DNA from: Cystobasidiomycetes sp. EMM_F5
Taxonomy: Eukaryota
DNA: 64,000 bases
NCBI GenBank assembly: GCA_051047955.1
Contig: JBPGPT010000021.1
Coordinates: 1 to 64,000 of the forward strand
Direction: 5' to 3'
In this document: positions 1 through 12,200 of the stretch, piece by piece
Layout: each line of letters begins with the position of its first letter
How positions within the stretch are numbered: the first letter of the stretch is position 1
Notes under the pieces: model-generated
Databases searched by the model: none
What the model saw: only the letters and a program-made list of their open reading frames with translations
Told to the model about the DNA's origin: nothing
Translations under genes and position numbers: made by a program

Positions 1-1472
1 GGATTTATGGTAGAGCTGCAGGTCGAGCGCCATCCTGATAAGCACAATCTCAGCAGCCAAGCGACTGTCAAAATGTAAAATGTGATGATTTATTTACCGG
101 CTGGCAAGGCAGATCATCGTCCAGGCTTGGTCGTACTCATTCCGTCTACCGTAACCTGTTCCCCAAAGAGATAGTAGCAAGTATGCCTGTACCGTTTCTA
201 AACGAGGTACGGAGATGATTGCTGGAGACAGGGCCTGAGCGCGCACCAGATCGGACAGATTTCGTCGCACATTAATGTGAGCAATCGAATAGAATGACGC
301 AATAAAGCAGACTGGCATAGCTGTCAGCTTGTACAGCCTTCAATCGATAATCATACCCCACTTGTGTTGAAGAGGAACGGCGATCCTGCAGTGAAAGCAG
401 GAGTATGTACGTCTCGCTGCAGTAGGCCCCACCGCACGTTCAGAGTGCGAAAGAATATATCGAAGAGCGTGGCTGTATCATCACTCGACATGGTGGCCAA
501 ACACGCGTGTGTATTCGCTTCTTGTGTAGCCAAGCTCCCATCTGCATAAGTATTCGATGTGCTGTTCACACCAGTATTCGATGTACTGTTCACACTCGGA
601 ATGGTAGCAGGACCTTCCGGGCTTGCACTTTGGATGGCATTGCCTAAGTTGACCTTCTTGGCGGCTGCCGCGCCGTGCTGATCCGTCTCGACCTTCCTGC
701 AAGGCACATATATACTGTTGGTTCCGATGCGCGTGTACTGCGTTCAGAGCTGGTGCAGTATGACCGACCTACCGTCGGCGGGGAGCTCGACCTCTTCCAA
801 TTGTGTTTGGAAAGAAGCATTCCTTGCTGCTGATACGGCATCTCGAGCACGGCAGACGCCCGTACGGTTCCATGATGCACCGGACTTCTGGATGCGTGTA
901 CATTACGAAGCAGTTCCTACCGCCGTTCGTCGTCTCGACTTACTTGCTTTACGACATTCAGCGCACGCTTTTGCCGCCCGCAGAAGCTCAAACTCCCGGC
1001 TGACACCGCTGTCATTAGCATCGATCGTCTGCCTGCTTCCTGCTGCGTTGTCTGGACTATCGAGAGCAATGTCTGCAGAGAAGCCGGCCGAGGACGTGTC
1101 TACTGGATCTAGCCCGAAGAAAGCGTTGGCAGATGTGTTTGCAAAGGGCGAGAACGGTAGAGTATTTAAGTCGGAGGTACTAGCGTACGCAGGGTCTGCA
1201 ACCTGACTATACGTTTGTGGCTGTAGTTTGCTTTTCAGGGAATGGTAACAACACGAGTCGAGATGACTTACTGCTAACGGGACAACATGGCCATATGTGA
1301 ACTGATCATGGCCAAAGATTGAATTCTACAGCTCTCTTGCATTTCAGCGCGGATCCGTAGCTTCTGCTGGATTCTTGCCCACCATGAGCGAGAGCAAGTC
1401 GGCATCGTTGGGCTCGGGCGATATTGGCGGGGGATTCCAATTGGAGAGTTCATTGACGTCTTCCATGGTCAT
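1..1472 (-). CDS. Zn(II)2Cys6 fungal transcription factor, multi-exon, 3' end runs off the window
   Basis: Splicing GCAA|GTAAGT..CATCCAG|AAGTC gives AAKACAECRKAKVRCIMEPYGRLPCSRCRISSKECFFP, a complete 6-Cys binuclear cluster. Downstream exons (LFDIFF..HTP..SPFLF; ETVQAYLLLSLW..AWTMICLASR) match the fungal TF middle-homology region. Start could be ATG 1466, 1472 or 1478. Confidence 0.9.
549..595. repeat. Intragenic tandem duplication, period 24 nt (encodes VNSTSNT twice)
   Basis: agtattcgatgtgctgttcacac (549-571) and agtattcgatgtactgttcacac (573-595), one mismatch. Confidence 0.85.
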
Positions 1473-1697
1473 CAGCATAGATCGCTCGAGCGTCCCGGCA
1501 ATGCTGCAGTTGCATGACTGGGAGCAAGCTGGAGGACGCCGCAGTATTTTAACAGTCATAATATGACCGGTGACTTAAATCGGAAGCACGGCAGACCGAC
1601 AGAGAAGGCATCGACATGTGCAAGAGTGGCATCGCACTAGCATCCAACAACGTAATTGGTGCATCTGTCGAATGCGCATGCCTGACCCCCGCTAGAG

Positions 1698-2852
1698 TCA
1701 CTGAGACAACCAATAATCAAACCATGCTACAATACCAGCGAGACTCTGTTCCTTCACGTAGCCTAGTGATTGTTGGCGAGTTACCCATTCTGTCAGTGTT
1801 CAAGAGACGTATACGGGTTCCCAATGACGCAACGACTCACGCTCGTATGGATTGTCTTGATTTCCCCGCAATGCAAAGCCGTGCTCGACTCCGGCGAAAA
1901 GCTGAAGCTGATATGACTTGCCATCTTCCTGTAAAATATCGATGGCGCGTCGTCGAGACGCAGTATCAAAGGTATGGTCCACCTCCGAGCAGGAAAGGAA
2001 AAGCGGCTCTATTGGAGGTGGTTGACTTAGGATGCGTCAGGCAATCAGACGATTCTCCACTTACTTTTCAGCTTCTTGAAATGAGCTTCCTTGAGAAATG
2101 CAGGGTGTGCGAAGGCGCCCGCACTAACAACCATCCCAGCCAACTCGTTGCAGACGTAGGGAGCGCCAAAGCAGTACCTGAGTCTCAGTCAGCTAACCTG
2201 TCCTATATGACAATTCGTGTGGGGAGCCCACCCGACCGCAGCATATTTGGTATCGGATTGCCCGTACTGTTTGCTGACTGCCTCAACCCAAGGCGGGACA
2301 TGAGCATCAGCAAAGGCGATATGCTTTCGCTTCCAAGCTTCGTAGTCGAAGCCGGGATCTGTCGTGGCATCGTGCCGGTCCTTGCGATGTTTCCAGACCG
2401 GATCGCCACAAAAATAATCTAATCCAAGCACGAGATACCCTGTAGTGCAAGCATTGTCGTAGTCCTGTCAAACCTCCTGGCTCCTTCGAAGCATCAATGA
2501 ACGGACCAGCTTCGGCAAATGCATCCATTACCAAGAGTCCGTTGAGGAACATGCCCCAAACCTAGACGGGACATTAGTAAAATGCGTACATATTTACATC
2601 GTATCAGGTAGAACTTACATCAGCGAAATATAGCAAAATATGCCCATTGGCATTTTCGGATGTCGGTGGTGAAATGTAGGTCTCTACGCCCGCGATAGTC
2701 TCCCATCGGCCTTTTGGGTCCCCTGAATGAATGCTGCCCTTCAGACAGCATGTGCCAGACGGTTTAGCAAGATAAGCATCGCGACCGCTTTGTTCGTGGG
2801 TTCCGATACCGTTCCGAGTCTCTTGCAGGAAGGCGGGGCCCGTCGAGACCAT
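1698..2852 (-). CDS. Dienelactone hydrolase family (alpha/beta hydrolase, AIM2-like), multi-exon
   Basis: Spliced product: MVSTG..CCLKGSIHSG..LLYFADVWG..GYLVLGLDYF..VGYCFGAPYV (Cys nucleophile)..CSEVDHTF (Asp)..GVEHGFALRG (His)..KEQSLAGIVAWFDYWLSQ*. Confidence 0.92.
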
Positions 2853-3154
2853 GACGAGATGGGCAATACGGCCTAAGCGCGACTTGTACACTTATGGATC
2901 GCAGCTGTGTTCATGCAGCGGAGATTTGCTTCAGCAACAAACCGGCCGGCCGTTGAGTGCATTCGCCGCGGTCTCTTTCGAAAGAAGCCGGTCGGCTTCC
3001 AACCTGCATCGGAGTCCCCATGCACCGGCCAATCTGCAGTACAGTATGCCGTGCGGGCCTCCAACTACATGATCTTTTTCATCTAACTACTCTCGACAGC
3101 TTTCTCCTGACATTTCAACTTCACCTCCGCACTTTCTCCCCTCCCCCTGCAAGC
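2853..3154. promoter_or_regulatory. Divergent DLH/MFS promoter with CGG/CCG-rich candidate Zn2Cys6 sites
   Basis: 302 bp between the two ATGs. Contains inverted repeat GAAGCCG-GT-CGGCTTC (2984-2999), CCGGCCGGCCG (2942-2952) and CCGCGG (2966-2971). Confidence 0.5.
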
Positions 3155-5059
3155 ATGTCGGTAACAAACCTAAAGAGAAGTGACAGCCAAATTTCTTCTG
3201 GTACGGACCAGGATAAGGAAGCTGGTGTTCGTGCTTTGGCAACAGCTCCCAAGCTCGAAGTTATCGAAGAGGTATGCTCTCGGTCATACAAGTCACTGAA
3301 CTTTAATGACTGTTCTGTAGGATGACAATGTCGGATACCGCGAATATCGCGAAGGCCTAGAGCTGGAAATTACCTCAGCAGATAATCGCCGCATACGCTG
3401 GAAAATAGATCTCGTTATTCTGCCAATCTTCTTGTTCACGCAGCTTCTACAATTCTTGGACAAAACAGCACTTAATTACGCTAACATCCTCAATTATCAG
3501 CAAGACTTGAAACTAGTCGGCACGCAGTTCAATTATCTGTCTGCAAGTGAGCCCTAAGCCCCTTCTCCGCAGAATTCGCTACCGCAGCGATGCTGACATT
3601 GCACTAAAGTCGTCTATGCTGGTTACTTCTTCGGCCAATATCCTGCCACCATCCTCATTGGACGTTTTCCGGCTCAGAAGGTCATGGGCATCTCGTGTCT
3701 TCTGTGGGGCCTAATGGTTTTGATCCTGACCCAGTGCCACTCATACTCGAGCGCCATGGCAGTGCGCTTCATAATGGGTTTCTTCGAAGCAGCAGGTACA
3801 CCTGACCCGTACTTTCCGCGGTATTACATCTGACCTTAGACTCACTGGGCAGTCACCCCGGGCTTAACCCTGATGACCGGATTCTGGTATACACGGAATG
3901 AAATTCCCTTGAGACAGTGTATTTGGTACTCTGCTTTAGGGTGGGGTGGTATCGTAGGAAGCTACCTAACGAGTAAATTCCGTTAAATATAGCATACTCC
4001 ACATACTAATTCTAACACTGCAACAGGTGGCATCTCGAATATCAGTCCATCCGGGAGCGTCAAACAATGGCAAGTTATTTTCTACATTGTAAGGCGGTCC
4101 AAGTTACAGTGCTGTGCTCAGCTAAAAGTGGTCTATCCCTAAGCTCGGCGGTGCCACGATAGCATTTTCTTTCGTCATTTTCTTCGTGCTGCCAGACAGT
4201 CCAGCATCGGCCTTCTTCCTGAACTCACGAGAGCGGGTGCTTGCCGTCAAAAGAGTCTCCAATAACCAAACTGGCATCAAAAACAAACATTTCAAGAAGG
4301 AGCACATCTGGGTCGCAGCAAAAGATCCGAAAGTCATTCTGCTATTCATCTCAGTCTTTGCAGCGGCAATACCAAACGGAGTCGTCAATTCGTTCTCCAC
4401 CATCATCATCAAAGACCTGGGATTTTCGACGGAAAAGACGACCCAACTCAAATCCGTCGGCGACGCGACTCAGATTATTGCCCTTTTCATTGCTGGCGCC
4501 ATCACTCTGAACGTCCCCAACTCTCGTCTTGCTGTATCCACTTTCGCCAATGTCCTGTGTACTATTTGCGGGGGTCTGGTGGCATTTCTCCCGCGAGAAA
4601 ACAAGTGGGGACGCCTCGTTGCTTTCTGGCTCGTCAACTCGCAATCAGTAGGCTTCACCGTGTCTCTAGTATCTGTTTCGTCCAATATGGGCGGTTACAG
4701 TCATCGCGCCATTGCCAGTGCTTTGATTTTCACAGCGTGGGTCGATTTTCCTCAGGTTTTAGCTAATATCACGGCTGAGGATTGCACACGAAACGCCGCG
4801 CAGATACTGTTGGGGCAACTACGCCGGCCCATTTGTCGTGCAACCCAGTCAAGCTCCAGAGTATCGGGGAGCCGCAATCGGCCTCCTGGTTGGATATGGG
4901 ATCAAAATGTGCTGTCACGTCCTCCTCTTGGTCTACATGCTCAGATCTAACATCAGACGCAATCGCAAATATGGTCCGCCAAACCAGGATGCTGCAAAAG
5001 AAGCGGGAATGCAGGATAAAACCGAGTTCGAGAACAAAGATTTTAGATATGTCTTGTAA
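3155..5059 (+). CDS. MFS transporter, anion:cation symporter / Dal5 allantoate permease family, 7 exons
   Basis: Motifs RWKIDLVILP..QFLDKTALNYA, RFIMGFFEAAVTPG..WYTRNEIPLRQCIW, LPDSPASAFFLNSRER, AYCWGNYAGPF..QAPEY and DKTEFENKDFRYVL*, joined through six canonical introns. Confidence 0.93.
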
Positions 5060-5584
5060 ACGTTACTGAAAGCCGCCTGTGTCGCGTAGCAAGCCTTCTA
5101 TATTCGCTCTATACGCTTAGTCCGCTATTTTCCTCATGTTGTGCTCAATGTCTTTCATCTGACGACTTTATTGACCCCTTTTTTGCGAAAAGGAAAGCGG
5201 GGAAGACGGCCATAGTGAAGTGGTGTAGAGTAATTATCGCTGCTTGCACGTACTTTAGGGCTTCAGCTCACCACTAGGCTCTGCAATCAGTAGACCCTGA
5301 TAAGATGGCCGTGCCATGCAAAATGGAAGGCAAACAGAAAGGAAGCCTTGTTCTTCATTTGAAGTGTTTATCATTGCAAATCATGTACTGGATACATCAG
5401 CGAGTCCCGTAGATGCCTCCGGCTATTCTTCCTGCGATACTGCCTGCATCACCCATGTAAAAGAGTTTCATAGAATTGATTAATAAATCGTGCAAGGTCA
5501 AATTTTATTTGATAAAAAGAAGCGACCTTGAAGTGACGTCTCTGCTATCGTCGCGAAAATTCATAGATGTCACGCTTTTCTCCA

Positions 5585-7107
5585 TCAGTGGAAGGTATCC
5601 AATCGACGATGGTGCCTATTTGACCGTTTTGCCCGCCTGTTTGACGTGGAGAGAAGCTGAATGACGCCGTCTTTGCATACCGTGCCAGCTGCAACTCCGC
5701 CCATGTTGACATAGGATTTTCCGCCAACATCACAGATAGAGAAGCTTTTGCCATCCGTCGAGCAGAGAAGCTGACCGACCGTGCAGCTAACATTTGCGAC
5801 CTTGTCCATACCAGACACTGGGATGGCTGAGATCGCACCATTGCGACAGATCGTTCCTGCCGCCACGCTACCCATGTCGATGAGACGGCCACTTGAGCAG
5901 ACTGAGAAGCTTGACCCATCGGCAGAGCAGACGATGCCCGTGTCAGAACAGGCCGTGCCACTAGTTGGCAGGGGAGCAGCTACAGCAGCTGGGCTGGAAG
6001 CTGCTATCTTTATAGGCATACGAGCGGGTTGTGAGCTTGTCGACGAGGAAGGTACTGCAATAACGGGTGCAGACTTGCTGACTACAGCAGCTTTGCTCGA
6101 GACAGCCGGCGTGGTAGCCTCGACAGATGTTGACGATGGCTCTTGCGCCGTGGAAGGTGTTACAATCGGCTGCGCTCTTGACGTGGTCTCACTCGGCTTT
6201 CCTACCGAAATTGTAACGATATCGGAGTTATCAACAGGGACGGACTTTCCATTGCCAGACAGGGTAACGAAGCTGGACTCGGCAGCAAGCTTGTCCCCGC
6301 CGCAGTTTGTTAATTGCAGGGCAATTTGCCCAGGCTTGGTGCTACCCCATTTGCCGCCGTATTCTACGCTGTTGCCTGGGTTGGGAAAGGCGACTTCATC
6401 ACCTTCAACGGTATTGCAGGTTCCGGCACCGAAGATGTTGGCTTGAAACATGCGGGGAAGCTTGATGGGGGCTGTCGACGAGGATACGAGATTGACAGCT
6501 ATACAGTTTTGGTACATTTCGCGGTTGCCGACTTTGTTGAACCAAGACCACGATAGAATGACATCGTTGCCTGCAGGAGCATCCGACGGAACGTTGAAGG
6601 TGTAACTAGTTTGAAGAGGACATCCGCCAATGATACTGTGAATAACGCCAAACGTGTTTCCGCCATCGTAGCTGAGACTGAACTGGCAAGAACCGCCGCC
6701 GTGCGTTGCGCCTGGCAAGAAGGATACGGTAGTAGACCGGCCTGCGGTCAAATTGGCAACAGCCCGGGACACGCTCGGAATGTCTTTCTGATAGCCTTTG
6801 CATGGAAAATTGCTACGATTTAGATAGATGGACGTACGGGAGACGTCAGTCAAACATTTTGCGAGAGTAGAAACTCTGCCTGACTGACCTGCCATCGGCC
6901 AGCAGGGGACTCGTCAAGGAGTAGTCGAAGCTTGACCAGTCGTAGAATGAGTTTTTCTAGTCGCCCATGAAAGTACATCAACCCGCTTTCTCAACCGCCT
7001 TCAACGCGGAGACTCACTACGCTTCTAAGAGGCGGAGGACTCCCAATTTCCATATGGGCCAACGCCTGGGAAAGGAGGGTGGAGACTGCCAGCAGTAAAT
7101 AGAACAT
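5585..7107 (-). CDS. Secreted AA11 lytic polysaccharide monooxygenase with Ser/Pro/Thr linker and two C-terminal Cys-rich CBM-like modules
   Basis: Exon 1 gives signal peptide MFYLLLAVSTLLSQALA followed directly by His1 (HMEIGSPPPLRS). Spliced continuation [20 protein letters not shown]; second His in ATHGGGSCQFSLSYD; WSWFNKVGNREMYQNC carries the axial Tyr. Confidence 0.88.
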
Positions 7108-7760
7108 GGCCGATGCACGGTGGAGTTGTGGTGTTTTGCTGGAATAATATTCTTGTCTGGGGATCCGGTCCCTGAGTCTGAGGCTGGGTGTTGTTGACGC
7201 GAGGTGCGAGGATTAGCAAGACCAGCTTGGAGGGTGCAGAGTCGGGCAGCAGGATCAACCTGTGAAGTGCAGGATGGATGGGAGATGGACGTGGACGGCG
7301 GGCTGCACCGCACCTCGCAACTCTTCGTGCGGCGTCACGATCGAGGTTTGCGATACAAAAGCTTCGAAAGACGGTCAAAAGTCGGCAAGGCAGCGAGGAG
7401 AACGATGGGAAGTGGCTGTCAGAGCGCAAAGCAGCCGCTCAGGTTGGTAACTTATTCACGTATTTGTTGAATCGCATGAAAAAGGCTTGGCTGGAGTGAC
7501 GCGCAGGAGTTCTGACCCGGACATGTCTGTGCATTCCAATGAGACTCGTGAGTTTCGAGCAAGTTTAACGTGATCTGGCCCACGTTTCTTTGTGTGCTCT
7601 TCCTGGAAACGACCAATGACGCGCTTTGCGGTGAGTCTGTCTGTTGCGCTTGGAGATACAACGCGGAATCTTTGAAAATGACAATTCAAGGTCACGATAC
7701 AACACAAGATAACGATGATCAATGCTCAAAGAAGGCCTGCACACATTCGTCACTTGTCAT

Positions 7761-9001
7761 TCACAGCTGAAGAGTCGGATCCCATGGCTGCACAAGGAGA
7801 GCTTTTGTCAAGCCCGATTGACAGCCACTCGTCGCGACGTTTACTCACATGCCTGGCAAGCTTGTCGTACAGATCTCGAGGTAATCGAGTCACAAATCGA
7901 CAGGATAACGAGATCAGAGACGACGAGTCAAGTGGGGGCAGGTTACGCAGTAGCTTGTTTGGGCTGAAAAAGTGTTGAAAAGCGCATTAGCGGTAGAGTC
8001 CGGAAAGTCGAGTGGGAAGCGTACATACTTGGGCTGCTCGAGTAGTTCATGCCTGATGAGGTGGAGCTGTGCTATCACGCACAGCACATTGAGGTGCACT
8101 CCAAAAGCCAATAGGAAATCCCACAGCTTGACACACTCTTGCAAAGGTGGCGTGCAAGCAGACCAAGTCAGAAGTGACGGAAAAGCGTAGATTTCTGCCT
8201 TCAACCCCTTGTCCATAAGGTATTTGAAGAGTTCTTCGTCGAGGACAGCCAGACATAGATCGAGAAGCTGATGCCCACTCAGTTTAGCCATAGCCCGATT
8301 ACGCGGTAAGCAGCGACGTACCTTCAAGCCCCTATGAACACCCTCCATGGTCTTCTGTACATAGAGTGGACATTTCCTTCGTAGTATGCTGGAAAAGCAC
8401 TGGTAGGCCTCAATCTCCGAGGGCATCGTGTACAGCAGGGGAGCAGCGAGGACATTCATTCCTTGGACGTAGTCAAAGTCGACCATGTCGGTGTCTGAAA
8501 CAGAGATTAATCTTGCCTGTCACATATCGCCAGCATGCAACCAAGAATCACCCAGCTGATATTTCCAAACGATTGCATCCAGCAGCCGAACCAGCATATC
8601 CTCTTTTACTCGCCGTTTGAATTCTGTGTCCGTAGCCATAGTCCGGAATCTACTACAGTAGTCAGAAACAGCGCATGCATTCCTCACCCGTCTCTGAATC
8701 GTACGTACGTGTCGTTTCGAATCTTGTCATTCGCTACGCTCGGGCCCCTTTGCACAAGGTCGAGATACTCTTCGACAGGCAGCTCATTCACGCCCAGCAG
8801 AAGTTTCCACACCATGGGTCGTAAGGACACTGTCCTGGATGTGTTTGCTGGCTCCGGCAAGCCATCGGGAAGGATTTGGCGTCTCAGCCGAGCCAAAGAG
8901 GATGCAGCTTCAGTCGACGTCAGTTCGCTTGACGGCCATAGAAGGTCGCTAATTTCCAGCTGCACGCTAGTCATTCGAGCGCTCGTCTTGCCTAAGGTCA
9001 T
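7761..9001 (-). CDS. BUB2: Bub2/Cdc16 TBC-domain GTPase-activating protein
   Basis: LRPMVWKLLL, KIRNDT|FRT (Arg finger), YVQGMNVLAAP (Gln finger), YAFPSLLTWSACTPPL..LWDFLLAFGVHLNVLCVIAQL. Spliced end LYDKLARH|PWDPTLQL*. Confidence 0.92.
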
Positions 9002-9217
9002 GATCTGACGGCAGTAGCTGGCAAGCCATCATGGCGGCTCCGTGCTGGCGAGAGGCAAGCGCTCTGTCCGTGCGGGAGGTGCGACAGCCAAAACACGTGG
9101 CATTGCGGGGCGCGTAAACAACAAAGCGTAAATTGACAACAACAGAACTGAGTGTGCTGGACGAATGTCTTCACTGTCAGCATCGGCGATATACACTGCT
9201 TTCAGCCGGCATCGAGC

Positions 9218-12200
9218 TCAAGGCGAACGGTCTTCCGCTTCGTAAAAGTCTGTGGTAGTGGTTGTATGCGCGGTGGTCGTGCTGCCTCGTCGACTATCCA
9301 GGCGTGCAGACGCGTCGGGTGACGTTGGCTGAGACAGCGCAGGTCCATTGCTGTGATGGAATTCTGTTTGTGCAGGGTTCGGACTGTATAGCGGGTCGTC
9401 TGTAGCAGTATCGTCATCTGCGACTTCAAGCAGCCGCTTAACCTTTCTTTCGTCCTTGCGCTTCTGACGCTCCGCTCGTGCCATTTTGAGAGCGTCCACA
9501 TAGGTTTGATATTTCGAAAACTCGGTCAAGATATACTTGGACTTCTTCTCCCAGTTTGCAGAGGCCTTGCTGGCATTAGCAGAACGAGCGGGATACTGTC
9601 GAGGGATAGAGAAAGCAGTCAGTACTTCAACACAGCACCGCTTGCGGTGGAGCCTTACATATCGTGTCATTGCCGGTCTCAGGTGATTATGCTTCTCGAG
9701 TTCGATTTGCAGAGCGTTCGAGTGCCGACGAAGATGATCCAGCTGCACATCCTCTGAGAAATGACTCGAACCGATCGGCGCCTGCGGTGGAGTCCAGTCC
9801 TGCAGAGTTGTGCGCTCTCCGATGACTGGTAGAATACTACCGCGCGTGATGGAACCGCTATAGCTCATACGGCTGCGGAAACTGTGATGACTCTTCCCAC
9901 TTCTCACACTCGCCAGATCTTCCCGGTCATTGTCTGCACTGGCAAGCACCTTGTTCCAGCCGTAGTCCATGCTAGAAACACCTCCGAGGAGCGGTTCTTT
10001 AGTACATCTGCCAGCCCAGTAATTGCACGTGAGCACCCATTCATTGACTAGGTCGGCAGTGCCAGCTTGGAAAAAGTATGAGCTACCAGATGGTAGACTT
10101 AGCACAAAAACGTGAGGCCGACTTCGATTGTACCCAGGTGGTGGCATGACCGAACAAAGACAGTGTGCCAATGATATATCACCAACGCTCTGAGCATTGG
10201 TCTAGCATTACGAGGGTCATCGTATCAGATCGTATGCCGCATTTCGCCATCATACGCCTACTCACCAGCCAATTGCCGCCGCCGACGCCCGCGCCGTTCG
10301 TCTGCGTGTTGGCAGAAGCGCCAAATTGGAACAACTTCATTTCGCCTTTCTGTATGACCGCAAACACTTCTGTCCAGCTCTTATCACGCGATCGCTTATT
10401 CGTCGCTTCCCAATAATGCTTGCGGTGCAGTATGCCCTCTTTCGCCCACGGTGCTCCCAGCAAAGCCAGCTCATCGTCAGTAGCCGATGCTTCAGATGTC
10501 ACACTCCTTGCATCGTCTTCATTTTGCTCTTTGATGATCGATTGCGTTAGACTGCTCGCAAAGCCAAGGGTCGCCGGATAGAAGGAACTAGCAGCGGTGT
10601 TCATTGACCCGAAGGAATCCTTGCCCGAAAAGGCCTGGGTAGATGGCATGTTAGTGAGTCTTTTCCGCCAAAGGAATGTTCCAGATACAAAGACTGACTC
10701 CGCTCAGAGAGGTGCTTCCACTCGGCGTTGGACTGGCCGCGCCTGCACGTAGGTTTTCATGACTCCCTCCTAGCATGCCACGTATACTCGCCCGCTTGTA
10801 AACACTGCTTCGGTCCACGGCTACCGATGTGTGACTGCGACGGCTGGAAGTCCGGCTCATAGAAGACGCAGCCGATCCATTCGGCAGGTTTAGCTGCGAG
10901 TACTGCAGAGGTTGGGCAATTGGGGAAACCTTAACAGCGGTGTAGATGTCCTAGCAGAATATGAAACATTTAGATCAGCTCAGCTTTAGCATGTAACACA
11001 AGATGGAACCACCTTTAGCATTTGTTCGGTCTCTGTCTCCCAAGCTCTGCTATTAAACGTGGACTGCGAAGCCGACCGGACAGCAGACATGCGACTTTCC
11101 GACGTAGCGCTCCTGTTTGCTGATTCTCTGCCGGGGAGTGAAGAAGGGATGACTACCGTAGGACGCATAGGTGGAGGCGAAGACGTGCTCAAACTGAAAT
11201 CAGGGGGCGGCGAACTATCAGTAAGATTATTACTGCTCCCGCGCCGGCACAGACGCGGTGTTGCAGCGAAGGAGTCCCTCCATTTATCCAGCGACGCTCG
11301 AACGGGCGTAGACACGCTTGTAGCGTCAAAGTACTCCGCAGGCTCGCCTGATAAGGGCGTGGGTAGTGACGAACCTGGCGTACGACCGCTGTCCATGCGA
11401 GGGGAAGTTGCCTGTCCCCGAATGACAGACATCGTGTTGGCAACGAAATCTGAGCGAGACATTCGCTGGACAACGTCCGCAACGTGAAGATCTGTATTGA
11501 GTAGCAGAATTGCATAAGCCGTAGCATGGACGATGTCTAGGAAGTGTTTCAGCAGGACATTCCACCAATCTCGCTAGGGTTGTTTGACCGCTTACCTTTA
11601 TTGCCAAGCATGTTGTTGGGGTTGTCTTCCATATACTTGGCGCTGAATGTGGACAAGATTCGGTCCACCTGCTGAGTTTCAGCTCGTAGGTAAAGCTTCT
11701 CGCACAGCCGCCTGAATGCATAGTCCAGTCGCAAGCCCGTAAAGTCAAAGTGATCCATGTAGCTGATCAGAGCAGCCTGATTGATGTCTCCGAAACCACC
11801 AAGCCATTCTGCAATCTTTTCTTTTCTCAAGAACGTCTCGTCTTCATTCCAGCATTTTTCCGCAAACGATTTTGCCTTGCTCAATGTAGAAGATTGCAGA
11901 GGAGATGGCGGCACAGTCGTTGCTACACTATTGCTAGACGCGAACGCTGCAGAGTCCGATATTGGACTGTCTCGCACTGTCGAGGACTTTGCTGACGATT
12001 CAGCTGTCCGGGTTTTGGTAAGTATGCTAGGAACAGCTGGCGGTGTAGCAGCATCCGATGTCGAAGTGAGCGGAAACATGGCTACTCCAGCCGTCGATGG
12101 TGATTTTGAGGGTGTTTCAGGGGAATCGGGGTGAATGGACTGTGCAAAAATGGCAGGATGTGTAGGCGTAGGAGACTGCGTTACAAATTTGGGCACCGGA

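Noticed and set aside
1616..2422. 268-aa plus-strand ORF
   Set aside because: It lies antisense to the well-supported DLH gene and has no recognisable motif; most likely a shadow ORF.
5175..5202. Terminator-like hairpin CCTTTTTTGCGAAAAGG downstream of the MFS gene
   Set aside because: Short, A/T-driven stem in a eukaryotic 3' region; no reason to infer function.
5781..6446. 221-aa plus-strand ORF
   Set aside because: Antisense mirror of the low-complexity LPMO linker and modules.
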